From: an uncultured Gammaproteobacteria bacterium
GTDB taxonomy: Bacteria; Patescibacteriota; Microgenomatia; Levybacterales; GWA1-39-11
Direction: 5' to 3'
DNA: 64,000 bases
NCBI GenBank assembly: GCA_964448725.1
Contig: CAYVAJ010000001.1
Coordinates: 71,525 to 135,524 of the forward strand
The notes beneath the pieces are model-generated. The model did not search any database, had not been told where the DNA came from, and was given only the letters and a program-made list of their open reading frames with translations. Of this stretch, positions 29,754 through 38,984 are shown one piece after another. Numbering within the stretch: position 1 is the first letter of the stretch; each line of letters begins with the position of its first letter. Made by a program: the position numbers and the translations under genes.

Positions 29754-30659
29754 TTATCCGCAGATATTGTGTTCTCGAGGAAATACTGCGCCTGGGGAAA
29801 GCTCATAATGGAGATGGACTCCTGTACTATACCCAGTATTACCCATTCCTCCGAGATAATCACCTTTTTTTACTGTCTGCCCTTGTCGCAGATGAGAAAC
29901 GCTATTTGAAAGAAGATGACCATACAATGCCCATGTTCCATTTCCTTCAATGATTATATGGGTTCCGTACCCATTTCCGGAACAGAGATTGTAGTAGGTA
30001 TTACATCCGGTAACAGTAAGAGTAGTGATCACTCCATCAAGAGTTGCATAAATAGGTGTCCCTTCAGCCATTACAATATCAACTGCGTTTAATGACCCAT
30101 GAGTAAATCCTCCTGAGTAGGGACATTGTGCAATATCAAATCTTCCGTTAACTGGCCATCCCCCCAGTGTATTAGGATCAATACTTCCTATAGGAGAAGA
30201 GTTTGGTTGTTCTGTAGTAGGATTACCAACTCGTACTCTTACTCTTTCACTTGCCTGTCTTTCGGGAGACGAAGGAGGGAGTCCTTCTTGACAGCTTACT
30301 GTTTCACACCAGCCTGTTGTCTGATTACATACTACATTTCCTCCTCCACCAGAAGTGCAGCTCGGAGAAAGAGTCTCACAATATCCAGGTGCTTGACGGC
30401 AGTCTGGACCTCCTGAATTAAGGGTTATGTTTTGTGATTGACAATCTGTATTTGCAGAGCATACTCCTTCCCCTGCAGGTCCTAGATTGCCACAGAAATA
30501 GGGATGAGTTGTAGGGCAGTTGTTGGTAGTTTGCGCAAAACTCGGTTGACTGGTACCAAAATACGCTCCTATAAAGAGTAGGAGAATAGGAAGAATATAC
30601 ATCCAAGAAGAAGATAAGAGGGTTTTGGATAGAAAGGAGCCTATAACTTTACCAACCAT
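29754..30659 (-). CDS. secreted M23 metallopeptidase with Cys-rich N-terminus
   Basis: H..LNAVDI..EGTPIYA..DG, GYGTHIII, YGHL, GNTGYSTGVHLHYE; start moved to MVGK (TGnTATGAT 6 nt upstream). Confidence 0.88.
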   Translation of the reverse strand: MVGKVIGSFLSKTLLSSSWMYILPILLLFIGAYFGTSQPSFAQTTNNCPTTHPYFCGNLGPAGEGVCSANTDCQSQNITLNSGGPDCRQAPGYCETLSPSCTSGGGGNVVCNQTTGWCETVSCQEGLPPSSPERQASERVRVRVGNPTTEQPNSSPIGSIDPNTLGGWPVNGRFDIAQCPYSGGFTHGSLNAVDIVMAEGTPIYATLDGVITTLTVTGCNTYYNLCSGNGYGTHIIIEGNGTWALYGHLLSNSVSHLRQGQTVKKGDYLGGMGNTGYSTGVHLHYELSPGAVFPREHNICG

Positions 30660-30734
30660 TATTTCATCATAGCAAAATAAAAGACATTCGCACAATTATT
30701 ATAAAAATGAGAAAAATGTTTTTTTGTCTCACAA

Positions 30735-31271
30735 TTAACACCCAAGGGGTAATGGGCTAAACTCTGTATTTGTCTCGCGCAGTGATCGTGAAACAGAATA
30801 ATTTAAGTAGAACGTCAATGGTAAATAGCAAATATCAGTGCGCGAGAATCCTTCTTGCAATAAGAAAGTCTCAACGTCCTTCTTTGCTTGCTCAATATCG
30901 GTAGTCAGAATTTCTGACATAAATGTATCAGGAGATTCAATATATTCAAGTCGATACGTAGAGGTCTCACTCACAATACCACTGATATTATTCAGGCGGG
31001 CAAGGAGATTCTGCCGGACTATTTTACCCTGATCTGAGAGTTCAGGGCGTTGTTGTATTATGTCTATAAGTTTTCTTTTTGCATCATCATTGTATGGGAC
31101 GTTTTCTCTGAGTATCTTTCCTTGGGAGACAGGATAGGGTGTGGGAGTAATAGAAATTTCTTCGTTTTGGGAGCGTCTTTGGTCAGTATTATAAAGCAAT
31201 ATAAGCGTCAAGCTTATTACTGCTACAACGAGCCCTATTGTAATTGTAATAATAAAAAGTTTTTTATTCAT
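30735..31271 (-). CDS. single-TM hypothetical protein; partner of the transglycosylase gene
   Basis: MNKKLFIITITIGLVV TM followed by a soluble domain; starts 10 nt after the upstream stop. Confidence 0.7.
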   Translation of the reverse strand: MNKKLFIITITIGLVVAVISLTLILLYNTDQRRSQNEEISITPTPYPVSQGKILRENVPYNDDAKRKLIDIIQQRPELSDQGKIVRQNLLARLNNISGIVSETSTYRLEYIESPDTFMSEILTTDIEQAKKDVETFLLQEGFSRTDICYLPLTFYLNYSVSRSLRETNTEFSPLPLGC

Positions 31272-31281
31272 ATTATGCAAT

Positions 31282-33213
31282 TTATTCCGGTATTGTTCCC
31301 CACAGATGATCCGCACACGCCCAGTACTCAAAGGGCCCAGCGTTTCCTGGTTCAAATAATAGTTTATTATAATTTATTGCATTAGATGTCTGCTTTCTCC
31401 AGTCTACATCTCCATGGTCAAACTCGTTTGCTCTCCCTCTTCCCATTTGATATAGCCCCCATGCTCCTGCGGGGTCAGGGGTTCCGATACTCTCCTGAGA
31501 TGCATAGGCATTTGGATTAAAACCTGATTCACACGGAATAATATTATTAAACCATTCATCGGCATATTGTGGGTCAAGCTCTTTGAGTAGTGTATAGAGT
31601 TTGCTTTTGTCGCTTGGACGTCGGGCAGCAAGCAATGTACATGCAGGATCACCGAAATTCGCTCCAGTATCATCATCATAATAAGGATTATTGAGTGCGT
31701 AGTCTCCCGTATAGTAACCGTCGCAGGTTTCGGCATTGGCAGGTGTTTCTTCTCCTGAGCTAATAGGGGAAGCGCTTCCTCCAACCTCTTCTGCAGTTGC
31801 TTGATTATCTACATAAATATCATTTTGTGTTGGCTTTACGGTTAACAAAAATGTTTGATTAACAGTCTGAGGAGAAGAAGTACTTGAACTACCAGTATAT
31901 ACTTGTGCAAGTGCACTCATTCGATTAGAGAATCTTTGCATGTTTTCTCTATACCAGCTCCCCCAACCTTGCATTGTTGCACTCCAATTATCACGTGCTG
32001 CAATATCACCTGCGATCTCAAGAGAATTAGCTATAGCATTGATAGCTGGGTCCATAAGGAGAATAGCAATTAACTGTCGTGCTTGTGCTTGCTGTGGTGA
32101 TCCGTCTGGTGTTCCTGGAGATCCAGCTTCTTGCACGATTTGCTCTATTGATTTTGCAGGAAATGTGACTGGATTTGTTATCCCGCCTTCATCAATTACT
32201 TTCTGTCCAACTCTTTGGACTGTTGCTGCGTCACCTGATCCATATACAGCAATAAAGTCATCAACCAAATGATCACTTACCTGGGCAACTTGGACTCCCC
32301 CTACTTGCCAACCACCAGAATAGAATCCTCCTGCACAGCCCATGTTAATATTTATGTCTTTCATGTCTCTACAGTTCCAGGCGTAGGGATTTGCGGCTGA
32401 ACCTTCGATTGCGACTGTCCATATAACAGAAAGGAAGGGGTCTGCGTATTTAGGATCGTTATTGTGGACTTTTGATAAAATATAATTTTGATATTGATTG
32501 ACTAGACTCCCGAGTCTATTTGCCCGCTCAATCGTCTCAGGCGCGAAAGCAATATCTGATTCGCCATTGGGTACTGGGAGATTATAAGGTGCTTGGGTAT
32601 ATTTTGTAACATCTATCTGCGTTGTCTGCGCAGGAGGAACAGTTGGTCCGACAATGGTTAGATTATCATTAAGTGACCATTTGACACGTGTTACTTTCCC
32701 TGATGAATCTTTTTCTGCAGTGTAATTTCCTGATGCACTCACAAACTCTGTGTTAGCAGGGATAGGATCATATACCATGACATTTCCGGTTCCGGAATAG
32801 GAAACATTGATGGTATAGGTGATATTTTCTCCGTTACCAATTGCTTCAGGACCAGACTTCTGGAGTGTTACATTTGAAGGCGTTCCATCGCCTGAAACAG
32901 GAGAAGGAGTTGGTTGAGTAGTAAAATAGCTGTCATAATCTGCATCGTCTCCAAGAAGGATAAATATAAGTAGCAGTATGATAATAACAATAATAAGAAT
33001 AACCCAAAACCAAGGATTTGCAGCCATTGCTCCAGTACGTACGACTGTCATGGCAGTTCTAAGTCTTCTAATGTTTCTTGAGGCGTTTTTTATTGATTGA
33101 GCTCGTGCACGTAATCGTCTTGCATTAGAAACTGCATTATTTGCACGATCTATAATACCTTTTCTCTCATCACTTTGTTGTGGCCTTTGTAGAGGGTTTT
33201 CTCCGTTATCCAT
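31282..33213 (-). CDS. VirB1-like membrane-anchored lytic transglycosylase (DUF11 Ig + inserted domain + SLT/lysozyme-like)
   Basis: Basic N-terminus and TM; LQKSGP..ITYTINV..VYDPIPANTEFVSAS (DUF11); CESGFNPNA..GAWGLYQM (SLT); overlaps the virB4 stop. Confidence 0.72.
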   Translation of the reverse strand: MDNGENPLQRPQQSDERKGIIDRANNAVSNARRLRARAQSIKNASRNIRRLRTAMTVVRTGAMAANPWFWVILIIVIIILLLIFILLGDDADYDSYFTTQPTPSPVSGDGTPSNVTLQKSGPEAIGNGENITYTINVSYSGTGNVMVYDPIPANTEFVSASGNYTAEKDSSGKVTRVKWSLNDNLTIVGPTVPPAQTTQIDVTKYTQAPYNLPVPNGESDIAFAPETIERANRLGSLVNQYQNYILSKVHNNDPKYADPFLSVIWTVAIEGSAANPYAWNCRDMKDININMGCAGGFYSGGWQVGGVQVAQVSDHLVDDFIAVYGSGDAATVQRVGQKVIDEGGITNPVTFPAKSIEQIVQEAGSPGTPDGSPQQAQARQLIAILLMDPAINAIANSLEIAGDIAARDNWSATMQGWGSWYRENMQRFSNRMSALAQVYTGSSSTSSPQTVNQTFLLTVKPTQNDIYVDNQATAEEVGGSASPISSGEETPANAETCDGYYTGDYALNNPYYDDDTGANFGDPACTLLAARRPSDKSKLYTLLKELDPQYADEWFNNIIPCESGFNPNAYASQESIGTPDPAGAWGLYQMGRGRANEFDHGDVDWRKQTSNAINYNKLLFEPGNAGPFEYWACADHLWGTIPE

Positions 33214-35629
33214 GGTTTAGTGGACTGGTATTTGGTTCTGTACCAGATGCTGACGGAGCAGGAGGTGTTCCAGAGGGCTGTGGAGGGGTGGCTTGCTGGA
33301 CAGTAGCATCTTGAGCAGAAGGTGCGGTATTTTGTGGAACAGATTGTGCAGGGCTACTTTGTGGAGCACCAAATGAGAGTGGAGCCGCAACTGGTTCTGT
33401 TTGCGGTATAGCTGCTGTGTTTTCTAAAGGAGGTGGTGGTGTTTGTTGAGTATTTTCAGGCATAGGAGCAGGAGCGGGAGTGTTTTGTTGGACAGGCTGA
33501 GTTTGAGGAGCGACATTTGGAGTCTCTGATTCCGCAAGAGCTTCTGTAATAGTATCAGGAAGCTTTTCTTCCATTCCTTCATCAGAGGGAGCAGGGCTTG
33601 GTGGTGTTTCTTGTTCTTGTTGATTTAATAAATCTTGTGGTTTTGAAGTAATTAAATCATATTCAAATTGTGACGCAATAAATTGAGCTGAAATATGATT
33701 TTGGCCAGCAAAGAGTAGTCCTTCTCCAACTTGCGCGGTAAGTAGAAATTGTTTTTCTCCCTCAGAAAGGAAAAATGTTTTTGCTAAGGCCTCAACTTCT
33801 GCAGTTCCTTGTTTGAGTAATATTTGAATAGATGAGTTAGACACGATTGCTTTACCGTATTCATTGTTAATAAAATCACCAATATCCTGAGTCAGGGTTG
33901 TCATTCCTAAGTAGTATTTGCGGGCACGTTTTGCGATTCCTTGCAAGAAGCTAGCAGAATCTGGGTATTTCATCATATACCATGCTTCATCGACGATAAG
34001 CAAGCGTTTTTTCAGCTTATTACGAACACGGCTCCAGATAAAGTCTAAAATAACATGCATAGCAATAGGGCGAAGCGAGTCTTCTAACTGCTTGATAGAA
34101 AAGACCGTTAACTGACTGCGAATATCATAGTTTGTCTGGGCATTAAGCAGTCCTGCAAATCCTCCTTTAACAAATTTTTCAAGTCGGAATGCAAGTTCTT
34201 TTGCTTCTGCTTCCTCCATGTTAAGGAGTGTTTTATAGAGGTCTTCTAAAATCGGCGGTTCTTTATCATAGGTTGATGGGTCAGGAGTAATTCCTTTCTG
34301 TTTGTAGACGAGTACGAGAGAGCGATCCAGAATTGCTTCCTGAGTTGGAGTCATATCCCCAAGCATTGTTTTGAGTAATCCATGTAAGGAGAGAATTTTA
34401 ATTCCTAACTGAGCTTCAGTTCTGTCTTCAGACAAAAGTGCAAAAGGATTTATTTTTACTGCTGAAGTTTTTGAAAAATCTATGTACTCACCCTCAAGTG
34501 AATCGCAGAGTGTTCGGTACTCGTCTTCAGGGTCAATAATCAAAATCTCTGCATCAAACATCATCTGTCTCAATACTTCAAGCTTAACCAAGAAAGATTT
34601 ACCAGAACCTGATTTACCAAAAACGACTTCATTGGCATTTTCAAATGAAAATCGGTCTACAATGACCAGAGAGTTATTGAGGGTATTTACTCCATAAAGA
34701 ATCCCATCTGGTTGAGAAATTTCATATGAAGTAAAAGGAAATGTTGACGCCACAGAGGTTGTATCCATATTACGGGTAACAAAAAGCTTGTCTGAACCAT
34801 ATGGCATAGTAGTTTTAAAACCTTCTTCCATTTGCAGTGTCGCAGCTTTGAGCAACAACATGTTTGAAGCCAACAGAGTCTGAAGTTGTTTTGATTTTTC
34901 ATTGAGTTCAGGAATGGTGTCAGCGCTAATTGTGACATAGAGACCAAATTGGAAGAAACGTTCTAGTCCTCGTGCAAGTTCTTCTCGCAAAGCAATAGCA
35001 TCTTCTAAGGAAGCCTGAACTTTTGGATCAGGTTCAAGCCCAGCTTTATGATCTGCATCAATTGTTGCTTCCATTTCAGCAATTTTTCGTCTGAGGTTTG
35101 CAAGCACATCTTTACTTTCAATAGGATAGATAAACATCGAAATATTCATCGTCTCTTTATGATCAATTAAAATAGAAAGCCAATTAGGAGATACCTCACG
35201 AGGATAATCAGCCACAAAAAAGGTGCGGAAAAATCGGTCACCAACTCGTACATGCTTAAAATCTATTTCAGCAGAAGCTGGTGCAATGACATCTGCAAGA
35301 GATACAGATCCTTGACGTAGTGCTTCAAGTGTTGCGTGTTGTGCTGCTGCTGATTGTTGGGGTGTAGCACCTTTTGGCATAGCAGCTGCTTGAGGCTGAG
35401 GGTTCTGCTGCATTGTCTGTGGTTGTCCGTTTGCTTGTGGAATAGGTTGAGGAATCTGAGAAGCTGCACCTGCTTGAAGAACAGGCTGTTGCATTTGTGG
35501 AGCAGGAGGATTTCCAGGCATTTGCTGTGTTCCTGGTTGTATAGGCGGCACTCCTGGAGCAGATGCAGGCATGCCCGTCTGGGCAACGGGTTGTGATTGT
35601 GTAGGCTTTTTTTTAAATAAGTCAAACAT
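33206..35629 (-). CDS. virB4: VirB4-like type IV secretion ATPase with Q/P-rich termini
   Basis: DRFSFENAN.VVFGKSGSGKS, IIDPEDEY, INPF, LLIVDEAW, KRARKY, TQD. Confidence 0.92.
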   Translation of the reverse strand: MFDLFKKKPTQSQPVAQTGMPASAPGVPPIQPGTQQMPGNPPAPQMQQPVLQAGAASQIPQPIPQANGQPQTMQQNPQPQAAAMPKGATPQQSAAAQHATLEALRQGSVSLADVIAPASAEIDFKHVRVGDRFFRTFFVADYPREVSPNWLSILIDHKETMNISMFIYPIESKDVLANLRRKIAEMEATIDADHKAGLEPDPKVQASLEDAIALREELARGLERFFQFGLYVTISADTIPELNEKSKQLQTLLASNMLLLKAATLQMEEGFKTTMPYGSDKLFVTRNMDTTSVASTFPFTSYEISQPDGILYGVNTLNNSLVIVDRFSFENANEVVFGKSGSGKSFLVKLEVLRQMMFDAEILIIDPEDEYRTLCDSLEGEYIDFSKTSAVKINPFALLSEDRTEAQLGIKILSLHGLLKTMLGDMTPTQEAILDRSLVLVYKQKGITPDPSTYDKEPPILEDLYKTLLNMEEAEAKELAFRLEKFVKGGFAGLLNAQTNYDIRSQLTVFSIKQLEDSLRPIAMHVILDFIWSRVRNKLKKRLLIVDEAWYMMKYPDSASFLQGIAKRARKYYLGMTTLTQDIGDFINNEYGKAIVSNSSIQILLKQGTAEVEALAKTFFLSEGEKQFLLTAQVGEGLLFAGQNHISAQFIASQFEYDLITSKPQDLLNQQEQETPPSPAPSDEGMEEKLPDTITEALAESETPNVAPQTQPVQQNTPAPAPMPENTQQTPPPPLENTAAIPQTEPVAAPLSFGAPQSSPAQSVPQNTAPSAQDATVQQATPPQPSGTPPAPSASGTEPNTSPLNHG

Positions 35630-35635
35630 GGGCAG

Positions 35636-35723
35636 TAAATTTAAACTTAAAATATAAAATTAAAAAACAAAAATGCTATCAATACTTAGGATCATTTTAA
35701 GCTCTCAGTTTTACATTTTACAT
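35636..35723. repeat. AT-rich heptamer inverted-repeat hairpin element
   Basis: TAAAATA TAAAATT AAAAAAC AAAAATG facing CATTTTA ... AGTTTTA CATTTTA CATTT. Confidence 0.55.
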
Positions 35724-36347
35724 TTACAATATAATATTTGTTACATCTTCAGATTGAAAATCGAGTGAAACTGTTTCCTGGTTATAGAGTTCATACAGTA
35801 CCTTTGCTACTTCGCTTGATTCAAGTGGTCGTGCAGTAAGTCCCATACGTTGAATCTGACTAATTACTCCATTTTGCTTACTTATAACTCCATCACGAAT
35901 TCGTTCCTGTAGTGTTTGTTTCTTGTTATTTGGAGCAGTAGGACCAAGTTCTAAAGAAGAAAAAGGAATAACAACATAGATTTTTTTGTTCAGTAAATTT
36001 TCTCCTTTAACCAGTTCCTGAATAAACTGCTTATACATAACTAAATGCTCTGATATACGGGGATCTTGTGCTTTTTCTACTTTAGCTTCAATCATCTCTA
36101 AATAATCAGTCATATCTACTTTTTTAGAAACAATAAAAATTTGTACTGCAGATGAGAGTGAGTTAAGAAATGACATAAATCCATAAATGCGGGCATTTTG
36201 TTCATCTGCTGAGAGAAGGAAGAAGTTAACAGACGATACCTCTAAAATTGAAGAGGCATTATTTCCTTTGAGGAAAAGAATTCCGTCTTTAATATCTTCT
36301 ACTTCTGTAAACTGTTGAGTTGTTGAGTTGATCTTTGCTTTTGCCAT
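35724..36347 (-). CDS. T4SS-associated protein resembling the VirB4/TraC N-terminal region
   Basis: TTQQFTEVEDIKDGIL, LEVSSVNFFLLS.DEQ, FLNSL, YVVIPF, LYELYN; lies between prgI and virB4. Confidence 0.75.
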   Translation of the reverse strand: MAKAKINSTTQQFTEVEDIKDGILFLKGNNASSILEVSSVNFFLLSADEQNARIYGFMSFLNSLSSAVQIFIVSKKVDMTDYLEMIEAKVEKAQDPRISEHLVMYKQFIQELVKGENLLNKKIYVVIPFSSLELGPTAPNNKKQTLQERIRDGVISKQNGVISQIQRMGLTARPLESSEVAKVLYELYNQETVSLDFQSEDVTNIIL

Positions 36348-36404
36348 AGTTCTAATAATATCAGTATACCGTATTCTGGATGCAGTTATTAAGAATTTTT
36401 ACTG

Positions 36405-37718
36405 TCATACCGTAGATACAGGACTTTGTGTTGGTGCTGGCATATTTCCAAACAAGTCTCTTCGTAATTTTTCCCTTTGGTCAATTGAAGTTATCTCAAG
36501 CGGGTTAAATATTTCTCCTTTCATCTCAACTTGTACTGTCTCAAATTCATGATTTTTTCCAGGATCGTCAAAATATATTTTATATGTACCATTAGGAAGC
36601 GGAGTAGCAGAGATAAATTGACCTAAAGCATTTGTTTTAAATGCTCTTACTGGTATCTCATTTGTATCAACTACTTCAACAAGAATGTTTTGAAGCACTT
36701 TTCCACGTGGATCTTTAATTATTCCTAGTACAATATTAGGAATATCAGGAAGAGAGGGGAATCCTGAAGTAAGATTGGATTGTGGGGTGATAGTTTTTAC
36801 AGTATTTGCTTTTGGCGCTTCTTTCTGTGTTGGGGTAACTGGTGTGGCTTGGGAAACTTGCTTTGCTTGCTGTAATACTTTTTGCTGATAAGATGCTGTT
36901 TGCCCTAATGATTCTGCTAATTTTTGCTCTAGATCTCGGACTTTTTGTTCAAGCTCGGCAGTGTATCCTGCTGTTTGTTCGTATGTCCGAATATCTTGAA
37001 TCTCTTTTTTAATCTCTGCAACTTCATCTGCTGCTTTTGGCGCAGGAGAAGCAACTGGTTTTACTACTTCTGTTTGTGCCATTTTTTGGTTAATTTCTTC
37101 TTCTGATACCTGAGGTAATACAGGTTTAACAGGATTGACTACTTCCTGTTCTTTTATAACTGGCTGGACTCTTACTGGCATAACTTTTTTCGTTTCGTTT
37201 GCAAGTGGGGTTGGTGTAACAATAGCTGTTCCAGGATTATCAAAGGAAGCTTTTAAGCTTGCAAAGTACTGCATCTCCTGATTGTCAGGTCTGAAATATG
37301 AGTTGCGCAGTGCACTTGCCAATGCTTGTCTTTTTGCAGTATCTTTTGACTGTTGTGGCGCTTGTTTCGGTTGCTGCGGTTGTTGCACTGTTTTTGGAGG
37401 TTTTAAAAATTCATACTGTGAGAGATCAATTCCTTTTTTGCGATAAATAAACTGATTTTCTCGTGGTACTGACCGGGCAAAATAAATAAGCATTTTATCA
37501 AGTGGTCTACCACCTACTGGTACAAAAGCAAGTGCTACACCAATAAGACCAAAAATTATCATAAGTGGGTACTTGAGCAAGAAGTGGAGAGGAGAGACAA
37601 AGGTAATGGTACAAAAAATTCCCGCTGCAACAACATATGCAAATTGCTTAACAGTCATTGAACCGATAATTTTAAATTTAAACCCAGTAACGTCTTGAGG
37701 AATTGGATGATTCTCCAT
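36405..37718 (-). CDS. PrgI-family (VirB3-like) protein with coiled coil and C-terminal beta-sandwich
   Basis: HPIPQDVTGFKFKIIGSMTVKQF, two TM, VGGRPLD; C-terminal VRAFKTNALGQF..TPLPNGTY. Confidence 0.85.
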   Translation of the reverse strand: MENHPIPQDVTGFKFKIIGSMTVKQFAYVVAAGIFCTITFVSPLHFLLKYPLMIIFGLIGVALAFVPVGGRPLDKMLIYFARSVPRENQFIYRKKGIDLSQYEFLKPPKTVQQPQQPKQAPQQSKDTAKRQALASALRNSYFRPDNQEMQYFASLKASFDNPGTAIVTPTPLANETKKVMPVRVQPVIKEQEVVNPVKPVLPQVSEEEINQKMAQTEVVKPVASPAPKAADEVAEIKKEIQDIRTYEQTAGYTAELEQKVRDLEQKLAESLGQTASYQQKVLQQAKQVSQATPVTPTQKEAPKANTVKTITPQSNLTSGFPSLPDIPNIVLGIIKDPRGKVLQNILVEVVDTNEIPVRAFKTNALGQFISATPLPNGTYKIYFDDPGKNHEFETVQVEMKGEIFNPLEITSIDQREKLRRDLFGNMPAPTQSPVSTV

Positions 37719-38039
37719 ATACATCAGCGTATAACGTGAAAATTTTAGATTCAAGCATCTCAAACTGTGTCAAAGGACAACAAAAGGTGTGAAAAGGAGA
37801 TAAAAAGCCTTAAAGTGGGCAGAGAAGAGATGGATTGTAGGTATTATGTAATGTCTGTCACTAAAAAATACAATGGAGTATGTTAACATCTGGGTAACTG
37901 AATAGAATTGCTGCCCATCGCGAGAGTTTAATTGTTGTGGCGTGATAGTACAACTGTCCTGGCTCTTTTTTACTGATATATAAGTAATTGCTTATAAAAA
38001 TCAGAATCTTTTTCCTATGCTCATAACATACAAAAAATA

Positions 38040-38933
38040 TTATTTTGTAGCGCTCGAGACAATGCTGAAAGTGCCTGCAATAAGCATCAATAATAATAAC
38101 CCAGCAAGCTGTGTATTGTCAGATTCAATAAGTTTTTTCAAACGGTTAGCTTCTTCAGGGTTATCATTACTAAGTTCAATAATAATTTCTTCCATTCGGT
38201 TTTGACGAAATAAATTTAACATTTCTTGGGCACGGGGATTCTTTTCTGCAAGAGATTCAATCTTTTCTTTATAGATTGTGCTTAAGTTAGTTATAGATTC
38301 TTGCAGGTTTTCTGGTAAATCTTGTACTGCCGTCTCTCCATTTTGGAGAATATCAATATATGTTTGAAATATTACTTGCTCATCGTCAGTAAACTGTGAT
38401 GCAATTACATCTCTTTCTGCTACGAGATAGGCAAATGCAACTTCTTTACGAGGAAGGACTTGAGTGATTAAGTTGCCATCAGGCATTTTAATGGTACAGG
38501 TAAGTGTACTCTCATCTCCGTTAGTGATTCCTTGGATTTCACCATTCTGCCCATTTATGGGAATCTGCATTGGGTTCTCACCAACCATTTTATATTTTTG
38601 GTCACTGTAACCCAACAAAAGTTCAGTCCCTTGTTTCAGTTTTTTCTGCGCTGGATCATCAATTTCCTCAAGCTGCTTTCCGTTAAATTCTTCAGATGCG
38701 GTAATTATCATAAGTGCACCAATTTCTTGAATTTGTTGAGCATATATAGCAGTTCTTGATTGCTCATCCTCTATACTTTCCTCCATAGTATCGGTATCAT
38801 TGGGTATATTTTCTTGAGGTTCTGAGTTATCAGTATTATCGTTTTGCTCTACATTTCCCGACAATGTACCAGCTTCTGAAGAGTCATTCGTATTAATCTC
38901 AGCTTCAGTCGGATGTGGTGACTGTTCTTCCAT
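38040..38933 (-). CDS. acidic hypothetical protein with C-terminal hydrophobic tail
   Basis: E/D/N-rich N-terminus, ends LAGLLLLMLIAGTFSIVSSATK; start uncertain. Confidence 0.7.
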   Translation of the reverse strand: MEEQSPHPTEAEINTNDSSEAGTLSGNVEQNDNTDNSEPQENIPNDTDTMEESIEDEQSRTAIYAQQIQEIGALMIITASEEFNGKQLEEIDDPAQKKLKQGTELLLGYSDQKYKMVGENPMQIPINGQNGEIQGITNGDESTLTCTIKMPDGNLITQVLPRKEVAFAYLVAERDVIASQFTDDEQVIFQTYIDILQNGETAVQDLPENLQESITNLSTIYKEKIESLAEKNPRAQEMLNLFRQNRMEEIIIELSNDNPEEANRLKKLIESDNTQLAGLLLLMLIAGTFSIVSSATK

Positions 38934-38984
38934 ATAATAAGCATACTTGAAAACACTTACAGTAATCAACTAAGATTTAAGTAT

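Noticed and set aside
37764-38039. Possible ncRNA or small gene upstream of prgI
   Set aside because: No recognisable RNA motif, strong stem or convincing ORF.
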